From Candidatus Binatia bacterium (GTDB lineage Bacteria > Desulfobacterota > Binatia > Bin18), in the NCBI GenBank assembly GCA_963664395.2, contig OY761159.2, positions 32,001 to 96,000 on the forward strand: DNA of 64,000 bases, in the 5' to 3' direction. A program made the position numbers and the translations under genes. Below the pieces are notes generated by a model. It worked only from the letters and a program-made list of their open reading frames with translations. It was not told the DNA's origin and searched no databases. Each line of letters begins with the position of its first letter. Position 1 is the stretch's first letter. Positions 42,404 to 52,045 of this stretch are shown here, in pieces.

Positions 42404-43138
42404 ATGACGCCTCAGCCCGCCCCTCTCTCAGATCAAGTTGCCCTGATTACAGGCGCGGGCCGAGGCATTGGGAGAGCTATCGCCCTCAGACTCGCTCAGG
42501 CAGGAGCGAAGACGGTTCTTGCTGCCCGGACCGAACAGGAACTCCAAGCAACAGCACGGAGCATTCAGGAAAGTGGAGGCCAAGCGCTCTCGATTCCGAC
42601 TGACTTACAGCAAGATGAGCAGGTCACAACTCTCGTAGAGAAAACGCTGACGCAATACGGACGCATTGACATCCTTGTCAATAATGCCGGCGGCGGGCCT
42701 CCGCGCACGCCGATTGTGAAAGCGCGCCTCACCGACTGGGAATACGTGCTGCGGGTTAATTTGTTCGCGGCCATGTCTCTCACCAAGCACATCCTCCCGT
42801 CCATGATCGAACGCCGGCACGGAACAATTATTATGCTGGGATCAATTGCCGGTTTAACCGGGCGGGCGGGCGAGGCTGCCTATGCAGCCAGTAAGTTTGG
42901 CTTGCGTGGGTTTACGCAAGCATTATTTGCAGAGGTTCGGCGCTACGGCATCAAGGTCTCGTTGCTCTGTCCGGGCTCTGTTGACACCACTCTCATTCCG
43001 CCCAACAAGCGTCTTGATCGCGACAAGCTCCTCAGTCCGAACGACGTAGCGGAAGCAGTCTGCAACATTGTGGCCTCCTCGCCGCGCGCCTGTCCGGCTG
43101 AAGTTATCCTGCAACCACAATTTGAGCCGTTTCAGTAA
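42404..43138 (+). CDS. SDR-family oxidoreductase
   Basis: TGAGRGIG, NNAG and YAASK motifs. Confidence 0.9.
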   Translation: MTPQPAPLSDQVALITGAGRGIGRAIALRLAQAGAKTVLAARTEQELQATARSIQESGGQALSIPTDLQQDEQVTTLVEKTLTQYGRIDILVNNAGGGPPRTPIVKARLTDWEYVLRVNLFAAMSLTKHILPSMIERRHGTIIMLGSIAGLTGRAGEAAYAASKFGLRGFTQALFAEVRRYGIKVSLLCPGSVDTTLIPPNKRLDRDKLLSPNDVAEAVCNIVASSPRACPAEVILQPQFEPFQ

Positions 43139-43194
43139 ACCAGCCCTCAGCCCTCACCCTAGAGGATGCCTCAAAGAACCCCTACTATTCTCCT

Positions 43195-43926
43195 ATGGAC
43201 CTCACCGGCAAAGTTGCCCTTGTCACTGGCGGAGCAAAGCGTATGGGGAAAGCCATCGTCTGTGCTCTTGCCGAACGGGGCTGCAAACTCGTTGTCCACT
43301 ATCACACCTCTCAGACTGAAGCGGAAGAAACCGTTCGAGAACTCCGGAGTGCCGCTCATGAGGCTCTCGCGCTTCAGGCTGACATTAGCCATGAAACAGA
43401 TGTTGAGAGCATGATTGAGCAGGCGCTGGATCATTTCGGTCGCATCGACGTGTTAGTCAACAACGCGGCTGTCTTTTACCGCACCCCGATTGATACGGTC
43501 ACGTTTGATGACTGGGAACAGATTATGGACGTGAACGTGGACGGTAGCTTCTATTGTGCGCATAAAATCGGCTTGCGCATGAAGGAATGGGGCTGGGGGC
43601 ATATTATCAACATGGCCGATGTCGCCGGACAAAGCCCATGGGCCGACTACGTGCCCTACTCTGTCTCAAAGGCGTGCGTGCTGGCCTTCAGTCAGGGACT
43701 GGCAATGGAACTCGCTCCCGAAGTCATGGTCAATGCCATTATTCCGGGACCGGTCCTGTTCCAAGAGGACACGCCACAGGAGGTTCAGCGCCGCGAGATA
43801 GAGAAGACCCTGGTCAAACGCGCCGGAACCCCTGAAGAAGTCGCCAAGCTCGTTGTCTTTGTCGCAGAGTCCGATTTTAGTACGGGGTCGATGTTTTCGG
43901 TGGATGGAGGACGAGGGCTGCTCTAG
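43195..43926 (+). CDS. SDR, pteridine reductase-like
   Basis: TGGAKRMG, NNAAVF, YSVSK and ELAPEVMVN motifs. Confidence 0.85.
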   Translation: MDLTGKVALVTGGAKRMGKAIVCALAERGCKLVVHYHTSQTEAEETVRELRSAAHEALALQADISHETDVESMIEQALDHFGRIDVLVNNAAVFYRTPIDTVTFDDWEQIMDVNVDGSFYCAHKIGLRMKEWGWGHIINMADVAGQSPWADYVPYSVSKACVLAFSQGLAMELAPEVMVNAIIPGPVLFQEDTPQEVQRREIEKTLVKRAGTPEEVAKLVVFVAESDFSTGSMFSVDGGRGLL

Positions 43927-44015
43927 GGCACACGACACTTCAATCGCAATCAGGACTCGGTCGCCCAGCATAGAGTGGCAAAATCCTCTACAGACCGCTA
44001 CACTCTCTCCCCATT

Positions 44016-44615
44016 ATGAGCGCTGAATTCTCCGCCCCCCCCCGCCTCACTCCACCTGCGTGGGAGGACGTATTCGGCAACGTCAATCCCGTCGAAGTCG
44101 AAATAGGCTCCGGGAAAGGTGCTTTTCTGCTGGCCGCAGCCCAAAGCACACCGGAACATAATTTCTTTGGTGTAGAGTTCTCCAGACGGCGGGTGTATCG
44201 GATCAAACAGCTGATCGAGCGCGAACAGCCCGGTAACGTGCTCGCTATTGCCGCTGATATCGGTTGCGTTCTCAAAACCCTGATTCGGCCCGAATCAGTG
44301 ACAACCTTTCATCTCTACTTCCCAGACCCGTGGTGGAAGCGGCGGCATCACCGCCGGCGTCTGTTTCGTGATGATTTCTGTGTTGTACTCACACGAGCGC
44401 TCATGCCCGGCGGAAAAATATTGATTGCCACAGATGTCCATACATATTTTATCGAAATAGTCAGACAATTGGAGTCAGTCCCTGAGCTGACACAATTCCC
44501 CTGGCAAAGAGACCAGCGGAATCAGAACGGTAGATTGATCCTGACCGACTTTGAACGTCAGTTTATGGACGAAGACAAGCCTATCCACTACGCCGGCTTC
44601 CGCAAAGAAGTCTGA
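44016..44615 (+). CDS. trmB: tRNA (guanine-N7)-methyltransferase
   Basis: EIGSGKG, FPDPWWKRRHHRRR, ATD and TDFE motifs. Confidence 0.88.
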   Translation: MSAEFSAPPRLTPPAWEDVFGNVNPVEVEIGSGKGAFLLAAAQSTPEHNFFGVEFSRRRVYRIKQLIEREQPGNVLAIAADIGCVLKTLIRPESVTTFHLYFPDPWWKRRHHRRRLFRDDFCVVLTRALMPGGKILIATDVHTYFIEIVRQLESVPELTQFPWQRDQRNQNGRLILTDFERQFMDEDKPIHYAGFRKEV

Positions 44616-44643
44616 CCAGCAAAGTGTGGCCACCAATCGCTTG

Positions 44644-46485
44644 CTAGGCTGCCAGCTTTTTTACATGTGCAACAATATGTTGGGCGCTGATGCCAAAGGC
44701 ATCCAGCAACTCTGCCGACGTGCCGGAGCGCGGGACGCCGTTCACGGCGAGTTTGTGGACCTTGACCGCATGAGCCGCAACCGCGTTCAGCACAGCGTCC
44801 CCCAAGCCACCGTCATAATAGTGGTCTTCAACGACGAGTACTGTGTTATTCGTTTGTCTTGCTGCAGCCAGTATGCCTGGGGCATCAATCGGTTTCACTG
44901 AATAGGCATCAATCAGGCGAATAGCGATAGCCTCGCTTTTGAGTATCTCGCTGGCCGCAAGCGCCTCGTGCAGCGTCACACCAGCGGCAACGACTGTCAG
45001 AACATCAGTATCACTGGACTGGAGCAGCTTGCTTCCGCCAATGGGAAACTCCTCCGTATTGGGATAGAGCACCGGCGTTGCCGGACGGGTCGTGCGAAGA
45101 TAGGTCGTGCCGGGCAGGTCGGGCATTGCAGCGACCAGACGTTCGGCTGCAACCGCATCGCTGGGGTAGAGTACGACCGAGTTCGGAATTGCCCGCATCA
45201 TCGCCAAATCTTCCAGCCCCATCTGAGACGGGCCGTCTTCCCCAATCGAGACACCACAATGCGAGCCGACGTATTTGATGGCAACGCCAGAGATTGCCGC
45301 CATACGGATATGGTCAAACGCGCGCGTAAGGAAGGCAGCAAACGTCGAAACAAACGGAATCTTGTCACAGGCAGCCAACCCAACCGCGGCTCCGACCATA
45401 TTTTGCTCAGCGATATAACTCTCAAAATACCGCTCCGGGTGGGCCTTGAGAAAGGTTTCCGCAAACGTCGAGTTCTTGGTGTCACCGTCGAGGGCGACAA
45501 TACGGGGATGCACTGCTCCGAGCTTGGCCAGCGCTGTTCCATATGCCACGCGGGTCGCAATCTTTTCCCCTAATTCATAGGTGGGAGCCGAGACAGTTCC
45601 GCTGGCACAAGCCGGAGAAAAACCATTGGTTTGCGGCCGGGTCACTGAGGGTATATTTGCGCTCCGGTTGAGTACCAACTCACCCAGCGCTTTGTCCAGA
45701 TCATCCCCCTTGACCGGCTTTCCATGCCAGCCGGGTTTATCCTCAAGAAAAGAGACGCCCTTTCCTTTGAGCGTCTTGGCCACCAACATCGTCGGCTGGC
45801 CGTGGGTTGCGTGGGCCTGCTTGAGTGCGGCCACGACCTCTCCGATGTTATGGCCATCAACGACAAGAGCATTCCAGCCGAACGCGGCAAAACGGCGCTG
45901 ATAGGTTTCCACGTCAAAGTTGTACATGGTCCGTTCGCTCTGCCCCAGGCCATTCACATCGACAATGCCGATGAGGTTGTCGAGTTGATAGTACGACGCC
46001 ATGGCCGCCGCTTCCCAGACTCCGCCCTCAGCGACTTCTCCGTCGCCCAGCAGGACATACACGCGGTAGTCGAGCTTATCCAGGCGTTTGCCATTTAGCG
46101 CCATGCCAACCCCAACCGAGAGTCCTTGCCCGAGTGAGCCGGTTGCGGCCCCAACCCATGGGATACGAGGCGTTGGGTGGCCTTCCAGGTTGCTGGAGAA
46201 CTTGCGGAGTGAGGGAAGCTGATCAACAGGCAGCGCACCGGCTTCTGCCAAGGCCGCATACAGGACGGGAGCGGCATGTCCTTTTGACATCACAAATCGA
46301 TCATTACCTGGGTGGGCTGGATTCGCAGGGTCAAAACGCATGTCTGCAAAGAACACCGCAGCCATAATATCAGCGGCGGACATGCAAGACGTAGGATGGC
46401 CCGACCCTGCTTCAGCTGTGGTACGAAGCGAATGGATACGTAATGTATCTGCGGTTGCCTGTAAAGCCTCGAGATCAACCATCAC
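44644..46485 (-). CDS. tkt: transketolase (short, ~610-aa single-chain type)
   Basis: SGHPTS, SKGHAAP, TGSLGQG, GDGE...N, IAEQN and EDGPSQM motifs. Confidence 0.92.
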   Translation of the reverse strand: MMVDLEALQATADTLRIHSLRTTAEAGSGHPTSCMSAADIMAAVFFADMRFDPANPAHPGNDRFVMSKGHAAPVLYAALAEAGALPVDQLPSLRKFSSNLEGHPTPRIPWVGAATGSLGQGLSVGVGMALNGKRLDKLDYRVYVLLGDGEVAEGGVWEAAAMASYYQLDNLIGIVDVNGLGQSERTMYNFDVETYQRRFAAFGWNALVVDGHNIGEVVAALKQAHATHGQPTMLVAKTLKGKGVSFLEDKPGWHGKPVKGDDLDKALGELVLNRSANIPSVTRPQTNGFSPACASGTVSAPTYELGEKIATRVAYGTALAKLGAVHPRIVALDGDTKNSTFAETFLKAHPERYFESYIAEQNMVGAAVGLAACDKIPFVSTFAAFLTRAFDHIRMAAISGVAIKYVGSHCGVSIGEDGPSQMGLEDLAMMRAIPNSVVLYPSDAVAAERLVAAMPDLPGTTYLRTTRPATPVLYPNTEEFPIGGSKLLQSSDTDVLTVVAAGVTLHEALAASEILKSEAIAIRLIDAYSVKPIDAPGILAAARQTNNTVLVVEDHYYDGGLGDAVLNAVAAHAVKVHKLAVNGVPRSGTSAELLDAFGISAQHIVAHVKKLAA

Positions 46486-46512
46486 AATTCTTGCCTCCCC
46501 TTAAATTTGAAA

Positions 46513-46540
46513 AAAGGGGCACGGTGTACCGTGCCCCTTT
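46513..46540. terminator. perfect hairpin (terminator or REP-derived)
   Basis: aaaggggcacggt-gt-accgtgccccttt, followed by a T run on the minus strand after moaD. Confidence 0.6.
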
Positions 46541-46581
46541 CCACCATCCCATACTCTGGCATGCTCGCTTCTTGTCTTTGG

Positions 46582-46839
46582 CTAACCACACCCCCCCCCT
46601 GCAAGCGGCGGAAAAATACTCAGCTCCAGTCCGTCTTCAAGGACCGTCCCAACTTCAACATACGTATCACCGGCAACGAGCATGCCGGCCTGCTCGCGTG
46701 GAATGTTTAGCATAGCAACCACATCTTGGACAGTTGCCCCAACCGGCAGGGAGAGCGAGATCCCATCCGTACTTCCCTGTGGTGTATATTTCTTCAGCGT
46801 CGCAAAAAGCTTGACGGTGACTGTGACGGAATCGGCCAT
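46582..46839 (-). CDS. MoaD/ThiS-family sulfur carrier
   Basis: VTVKLFATL...IFPPLAGG(GCG). Confidence 0.85.
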   Translation of the reverse strand: MADSVTVTVKLFATLKKYTPQGSTDGISLSLPVGATVQDVVAMLNIPREQAGMLVAGDTYVEVGTVLEDGLELSIFPPLAGGGCG

Positions 46840-46849
46840 ATTCTTCAGA

Positions 46850-48103
46850 TTAGTACTGCGGAACGCGGTGACTGACGTCCGCATACACAAACTTAGGCTG
46901 GCGACCGTTCTGAAAGCCTTGCCATTTCTCACGCCGGCGGATGGCGCTGTGAATGACTCCCATCTCGGCGACGCCGTTTTCATCACCCAGATATACTGCG
47001 CCCACTATACTTCCCTCTTTGTCCACTACCACCTTACGATACAGGCCGTTCGTGCCTGGACTGAGCAGTTTGACTTCGTCCTCCGGCCCTTCGCGAAAGC
47101 GTCCTAATTGAGCCAGGGTCACCTGAAAGAGCTCAACAACATTCATCCCCAGACTCCCTGGATAGGCTTGTTGAGCGCCAGCCATATTAGCACCCGCAAC
47201 ACGCCCCTGTTCAACAGCAGTCGGCCAGATAGCATAGATGGAGCGCTCATCAGACAAAAAGTCGGGCGTTTCCGCCACATCTCCAGCTGCATAAATATCG
47301 GGCTGGCTGGACTGGAGATATTCATCGACGAGCACACCTGTACTGACCTCAACCGCACTGTTTTGCAGGCACTCGATATTCGGCTTCACGCCAGTCGCGA
47401 CCACGGCCATATCCACACTCAAAGCCTCTCCATCCTTCAAAGAGACGGTGATACCGGCGTCCGTTTGTTCAAGCCCAGCAACCATAGAGTCCGTTTTAAC
47501 CGTCACTCCATCATCACGGACTGCTTGCAAGAAGAGCTTCCCTGCGCCTTCATCAAGGAGCTGGGGCAGCAAGATGGGCGCGACCTCAACAATGGTAAGT
47601 TTGATCCTCAGCTTTCGGAGCGCTTCGGCAGCCAGCATGCCAATAAAGCCGCCGCCAATCACGACAGCTGTCGACGCCTTTTCTGCTGCCTGTTTCATAC
47701 CAATTGCATCGTCCAAGGTCCACAAATAATGGTGCGGCACTTGGTCCAGACCCCGGATTGGCGGCGCTATCGTCTCTGAACCCGTCCCAATAAGGAGCTT
47801 GTCATACGCGACCCTTTGCCCGCTTTCCAACTCGACCTGTTTATTTGCCGGGTCGATAGCCGTGACGTTCGACGTCTCAGTCAAAGAGACGCCCATCTTG
47901 GTATAATCAGTTTTCTGTCGGATCAGCAGGGCCTCCAGCGTCATTTCACCAGCAACATAGTAGGGCAGTGCGACACGTGAGTACGCCGGTCCTTCTTCCC
48001 GGTTGATGAGGGTAATCTCGCCAGCCGGGTCATGTTTGCGAATGCCATCAACCGCGGCGAGCGCCGCCGCGCTGTTTCCGATCAGGACATATTTCGTTGC
48101 CAT
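46850..48103 (-). CDS. FAD/NAD(P)H oxidoreductase (NirB/rubredoxin reductase-like)
   Basis: IGNSAA, VIGGGFIG, ATGVKPN and YAAGDVA motifs. Confidence 0.9.
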   Translation of the reverse strand: MATKYVLIGNSAAALAAVDGIRKHDPAGEITLINREEGPAYSRVALPYYVAGEMTLEALLIRQKTDYTKMGVSLTETSNVTAIDPANKQVELESGQRVAYDKLLIGTGSETIAPPIRGLDQVPHHYLWTLDDAIGMKQAAEKASTAVVIGGGFIGMLAAEALRKLRIKLTIVEVAPILLPQLLDEGAGKLFLQAVRDDGVTVKTDSMVAGLEQTDAGITVSLKDGEALSVDMAVVATGVKPNIECLQNSAVEVSTGVLVDEYLQSSQPDIYAAGDVAETPDFLSDERSIYAIWPTAVEQGRVAGANMAGAQQAYPGSLGMNVVELFQVTLAQLGRFREGPEDEVKLLSPGTNGLYRKVVVDKEGSIVGAVYLGDENGVAEMGVIHSAIRRREKWQGFQNGRQPKFVYADVSHRVPQY

Positions 48104-48136
48104 AACCGCCCCCGTGGCTTAGCGTTTCAAGTCCGC

Positions 48137-48619
48137 TTACTCGCTTTGTCCGTGGGCAGGTGGCAGTCCTAAGGCGGCGGCAGCTTTCTGCTTGGCGAGC
48201 GCTTCGACAGAAACCACGTCGGCATATTCAAGCGCCCCCGGAGTACAGAACTCAACACATTGGGGGGTGTTGTCGTCACACAAGTCACAGTTGTGGGCGA
48301 CGCCGGTATCAGGAGAGAAGCCCATCACGCCGAACGGGCAGGCCAGGAGGCACATTTTACAGCCGATACAGCGATCGGCTAGGACTCGGACCTGACCGTC
48401 AGGCTGACGCTGGATGGCCATGGTCGGACACACCGTTGCACACGGGGCGTCAGCGCAATGGACACACACCATGGGCTGGTAGAATTGTTCTTCGTAGAAA
48501 TCAGCGACCCGGATACGGGAGAGCGTCGGCAGGAATTTCCCCTCATGCGAAAAGGAACAGGCCAGCTCGCATTCCCGACAGGCCGTGCATTTTTCCTGGT
48601 GCACAACGATCTGCTTCAT
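48137..48619 (-). CDS. 4x[4Fe-4S] electron-transfer protein (DmsB/HydN/AorA-like)
   Basis: CTACRECELAC, CVHCADAPCATVCP, CIGCKMCLLACP and CDLC...C...C motifs. Confidence 0.92.
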   Translation of the reverse strand: MKQIVVHQEKCTACRECELACSFSHEGKFLPTLSRIRVADFYEEQFYQPMVCVHCADAPCATVCPTMAIQRQPDGQVRVLADRCIGCKMCLLACPFGVMGFSPDTGVAHNCDLCDDNTPQCVEFCTPGALEYADVVSVEALAKQKAAAALGLPPAHGQSE

Positions 48620-48664
48620 ATGCCCTCCTAGACCTCGTTCGTCGCTTCAACAGACCTGCCGGGG

Positions 48665-49843
48665 CTACGCCGCGTTGACCGGCCGCAAGCCGCAAAACTC
48701 TTCATAATCGATCAGTTCCGTGATTTTCGGATTTTCACTGCAGACCAAACAGTTCGGATCTTTTCGCAGTTTGAACACCCGAATTTCTGCGCTGAGGGTG
48801 TCAAAATGCATCATCCGTCCGACCAGCGGCCTGCCAGCACCGAGGATAACCTTAATCGCTTCAAGCGCTTGCATGCAGCCGACGAGGCCGGGCAAAACAC
48901 CGAGTACACCAGCTTCCGCACAGCTCGGCGCTGCCCCTGGTGGTGGTGGCTCAGGAAATAAACAGCGATAGCATGGGCCTTCGTTCGGATCGACAACCGT
49001 GACCTGGCCCTCAAACTGGAAGATTGACCCATCGACAAGGATCTTCTTGGCCATGATACAGGCATCGTTGATGAGATAGCGGGTCGGGAAATTATCACAC
49101 CCGTTCACCACGATATCGAAGTCGTCAATAATGCGCATGACATTATCGGAAGATAAGCGCTCTTGGAATTGAACAACGTTCACATCCGGGTTGAGCGCGT
49201 TCAGGGTCATCTGGGCCGACTGTACCTTAGGCATACCGACCCGATCGTTGGTGTGCAGGATCTGGCGTTGAAGATTACTCATATCGACGGTGTCATGATC
49301 GGCAATGCCTATCGTGCCTACCCCAGCTGCGGCCAGATACAATGCCACCGGCGACCCGAGGCCACCCGCACCAACGCACAACACTTTGGCGTCAAGCAGC
49401 TTGGCTTGGCCCTGTTCCCCGACTTCCGGCAGGGTGAAATGGCGCGCATAACGCGTAATCTGGTCCGGGGTGAACTGTCGGTCCGCCACCCATTTATAGC
49501 CGGCATTTTTCCAGGCCGTATAGCCGCCGGACATGGAAGTCACATTTTCATAGCCCATTTCTTTGAGCGTGCGAGCGGCGATGAGCGAGCGGACGCCGCC
49601 AGCACAATACGCCACTATGGGCGTGCTCTTATCCGGCACGGTCTCTTCGACTCGCATTTCGAGAAATCCGCGTGGGAGTGGGACAGACCCTTCGAGATGG
49701 CCTTCGCGATACTCTTCGCGTTCCCGTACATCGAGCAAGGTTGGCCGCACGCCGTTTTCCATATGCGCCTTCACCTCGTCAATCGTGACTTCCGGTACGG
49801 CGTCTCGGGCTTCGTCCATGAGTTCCTGGTAGGTCTTTGCCAT
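48665..49843 (-). CDS. moeB: rhodanese-MoeB/ThiF adenylyltransferase fusion
   Basis: N-terminal rhodanese (DVRE...YCAGGVRS), then RYARH, GAGGLG, SNLQRQ and CYRC. Confidence 0.9.
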   Translation of the reverse strand: MAKTYQELMDEARDAVPEVTIDEVKAHMENGVRPTLLDVREREEYREGHLEGSVPLPRGFLEMRVEETVPDKSTPIVAYCAGGVRSLIAARTLKEMGYENVTSMSGGYTAWKNAGYKWVADRQFTPDQITRYARHFTLPEVGEQGQAKLLDAKVLCVGAGGLGSPVALYLAAAGVGTIGIADHDTVDMSNLQRQILHTNDRVGMPKVQSAQMTLNALNPDVNVVQFQERLSSDNVMRIIDDFDIVVNGCDNFPTRYLINDACIMAKKILVDGSIFQFEGQVTVVDPNEGPCYRCLFPEPPPPGAAPSCAEAGVLGVLPGLVGCMQALEAIKVILGAGRPLVGRMMHFDTLSAEIRVFKLRKDPNCLVCSENPKITELIDYEEFCGLRPVNAA

Positions 49844-49864
49844 ATTCTGCCTCCGGGGGAGAGG

Positions 49865-50476
49865 TTATGAGGCGCCAGGAGCGCCAATCTCCCTTGACAA
49901 TCTCTGCTCTGCTTCCTGGTAACTCTCCAGCATCTCAGTCATGAGGGAATCCCGTCCACCCGTCGCCAGTGTTCGGGAACGATTCATAAGGACTTCTTTG
50001 GACTCGATAAAATCTTGGCGGGCATAGCCCCAAATGCGCGGATGAACAGAGGTATCCATCCGTATGGCGTCACACGGACAGGCTTCCACGCACATCCCGC
50101 AGTAGATGCAGCGCAAGGTATCGATTTCATACCGCAACGGAAATTTTTCCACTTCGGGATCAGGATGTTCCCCGGCTTCGATATGAATGCAATTGGCCGG
50201 GCAGGCCGTTGCACACAGAAAGCACGAGGTGCAGCGGACCGAGCCGTCTTCTTTGAGCGTCAAACGATGACTGCCACGGTAGACGTCCGGGTACCGCTTG
50301 CGCTCTTCCGGGTATTGAACCGTATACGCGGCTCGCGTCTCTTTTGCAAAGCCGAGAGCGTGCAGGAGATGGAGCGTGAGATTTCGCCAGAAGTGGGACA
50401 TCGTGACAAGAAGACCACGAACAATTTCCGGAATATACAACCGCTCCCACCAAGTCATCTCTTCTTTACGTTTCAT
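49865..50476 (-). CDS. stand-alone NuoI-like 2x[4Fe-4S] protein
   Basis: TVQYPEE...RGSH, CTSCFLCATACP and CIYCGMCVEACP motifs. Confidence 0.85.
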   Translation of the reverse strand: MKRKEEMTWWERLYIPEIVRGLLVTMSHFWRNLTLHLLHALGFAKETRAAYTVQYPEERKRYPDVYRGSHRLTLKEDGSVRCTSCFLCATACPANCIHIEAGEHPDPEVEKFPLRYEIDTLRCIYCGMCVEACPCDAIRMDTSVHPRIWGYARQDFIESKEVLMNRSRTLATGGRDSLMTEMLESYQEAEQRLSREIGAPGAS

Positions 50477-50494
50477 GGTGTCCTATCTACCTCC

Positions 50495-50540
50495 GTATAA
50501 TAGTATACGTGCCACTATTATACTGCACCTCACTATTATG
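50495..50540. promoter_or_regulatory. inverted-repeat operator candidate
   Basis: GTATAATAGT-N9-ACTATTATAC plus a third half-site CACTATTATG at 50531; a minus-strand TTGACA lies at 50555-50560. Confidence 0.5.
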
Positions 50541-50569
50541 AGGGGACCCGTGTTTGTCAAGGCAGTTTT

Positions 50570-51211
50570 TTAGTGGAGACGACCTTTTCCCCCACCTTCT
50601 GGCCAGCGGCTCTCTGACAACTTGAATTCAAGAATATCCCCTAAGCAGGTAGCGCGCTTGCCTAGCGTTGCGGCATCAAGCACGCTTTGCTTCTCAATGG
50701 GCAGGAGATCGAGCTGGAAGGCAAAGAAGTTAATGAAGAGTTCGTCATTAACACTGGGATCTGCCAGGAATTTCTGTACAACCTCGTCTTTTTGCAAATA
50801 GGACGATAATAGCTTCCCGACGGCCTCACGTTGCCCCGGCTCAAGGGTCTGGTTCCTGTGCGGGAGCCATTCTACCCGTGCCTGACGATAGCTCTTGTCG
50901 TGAAATTCTTCCTGAATGCGATATTCACGCAGCCCCTGCAGGAGAATATTAAACCGACCGTCCGGGAACGGCACGGTCTTCACCACCTTCCCCACGCAGC
51001 CGGTAGAGAAAACTTGAGGATTGCCTTCATACTGCCCTTGCCATTCACCACGGAGCAAGGCCATTCCGATGAGCGGCGGCTCTGCCTCAACGACATCTCG
51101 GACCATGGCGCGGTAGCGGGGCTCAAAGATATGCAGCGGAAGCTGCACACGCGGGAAAAGGACAACGTTCGGCAATGGGAAAACGGGAATAATGTCGGAC
51201 AGTTCAGACAC
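50570..51211 (-). CDS. LON substrate-binding domain protein
   Basis: PVFPLPNVVLFP...LPLHIFEPRYRAMV and DGRFNILLQG motifs. Confidence 0.9.
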   Translation of the reverse strand: MSELSDIIPVFPLPNVVLFPRVQLPLHIFEPRYRAMVRDVVEAEPPLIGMALLRGEWQGQYEGNPQVFSTGCVGKVVKTVPFPDGRFNILLQGLREYRIQEEFHDKSYRQARVEWLPHRNQTLEPGQREAVGKLLSSYLQKDEVVQKFLADPSVNDELFINFFAFQLDLLPIEKQSVLDAATLGKRATCLGDILEFKLSESRWPEGGGKGRLH

Positions 51212-51292
51212 AGCAACCTCGCCTTTCTCACAGAGACACGGCACATCTGAGCTGCCGGTATTTTCCCTATCCGGGACGATACCGGACAGACC

Positions 51293-51910
51293 CTACGACA
51301 TGTTGAGCTCTTTCAGCAGCTGTACCACAGACGGACGTTGCGATAAGCGTTTAATCCAATCAGAGACACTTTTGAGTCGAGAAGGCAGTTCAACCCCAAG
51401 CTGCGACAGAATCAACAGCCGTGGAGTAAAAGCGAGGTCGGCTAACGAAAAGTCATCAACTAAGTATTCTTTGCCGTTCAGATGCCGGTCAAGGAATTCG
51501 AGCACACGAATGAGGTCTCCCTGATAGCGCTGGACTCGCTCTTGGTCGATTTGATCTTCGGGTTTCCGCAGTTCTGCATAGAGCAGCCCACATTGTACCG
51601 TAAAGGACGTGTCAGCAAAGTCTTCAAACATCCGGGCCCGGGCCCGGGCCCCGGAAGGCTCAGGCCGCAGTGGGGGATGCGGATATTCATCATCAAGGTA
51701 TTCGTTAATAAACGTCGAGTCGTAAATGATTTCTTCGTCATCAGCGAGGACCGGCACCTTGCCGTACGGATTTAACCGGAGAAATTCAGGACTGCGCTGT
51801 TCGTTTTTCGTCAGATCAACAAAGACTTTACCGTAAGATAGCTCTTTTTCAGTCAGTACGAGGCGTACTTTTTGGCAGTAGGGACTGAGAGGGAAGTCGT
51901 ACAATTTCAT
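51293..51910 (-). CDS. glutathione S-transferase family protein
   Basis: SPYCQKVR, LNPYGKVPVL, DSTFINEYL and FSLADL motifs. Confidence 0.92.
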   Translation of the reverse strand: MKLYDFPLSPYCQKVRLVLTEKELSYGKVFVDLTKNEQRSPEFLRLNPYGKVPVLADDEEIIYDSTFINEYLDDEYPHPPLRPEPSGARARARMFEDFADTSFTVQCGLLYAELRKPEDQIDQERVQRYQGDLIRVLEFLDRHLNGKEYLVDDFSLADLAFTPRLLILSQLGVELPSRLKSVSDWIKRLSQRPSVVQLLKELNMS

Positions 51911-52045
51911 GGTTCTACTCTCCTGTCTGATGCCATGGTAGTGTAGTTAAAAATAAAGGAGCTGGCAAATAAAAGATGCTGCTCCTTCCGTATCTACCAA
52001 GGGCTGGACTCAACTTCTGCTTCGTAATAGCGCAGCGTACCACTC

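Noticed and set aside
44644-46485. Eukaryote-like transketolase as a host-derived gene
   Set aside because: This short single-chain type is widespread in bacteria, and its composition matches the surrounding genes.
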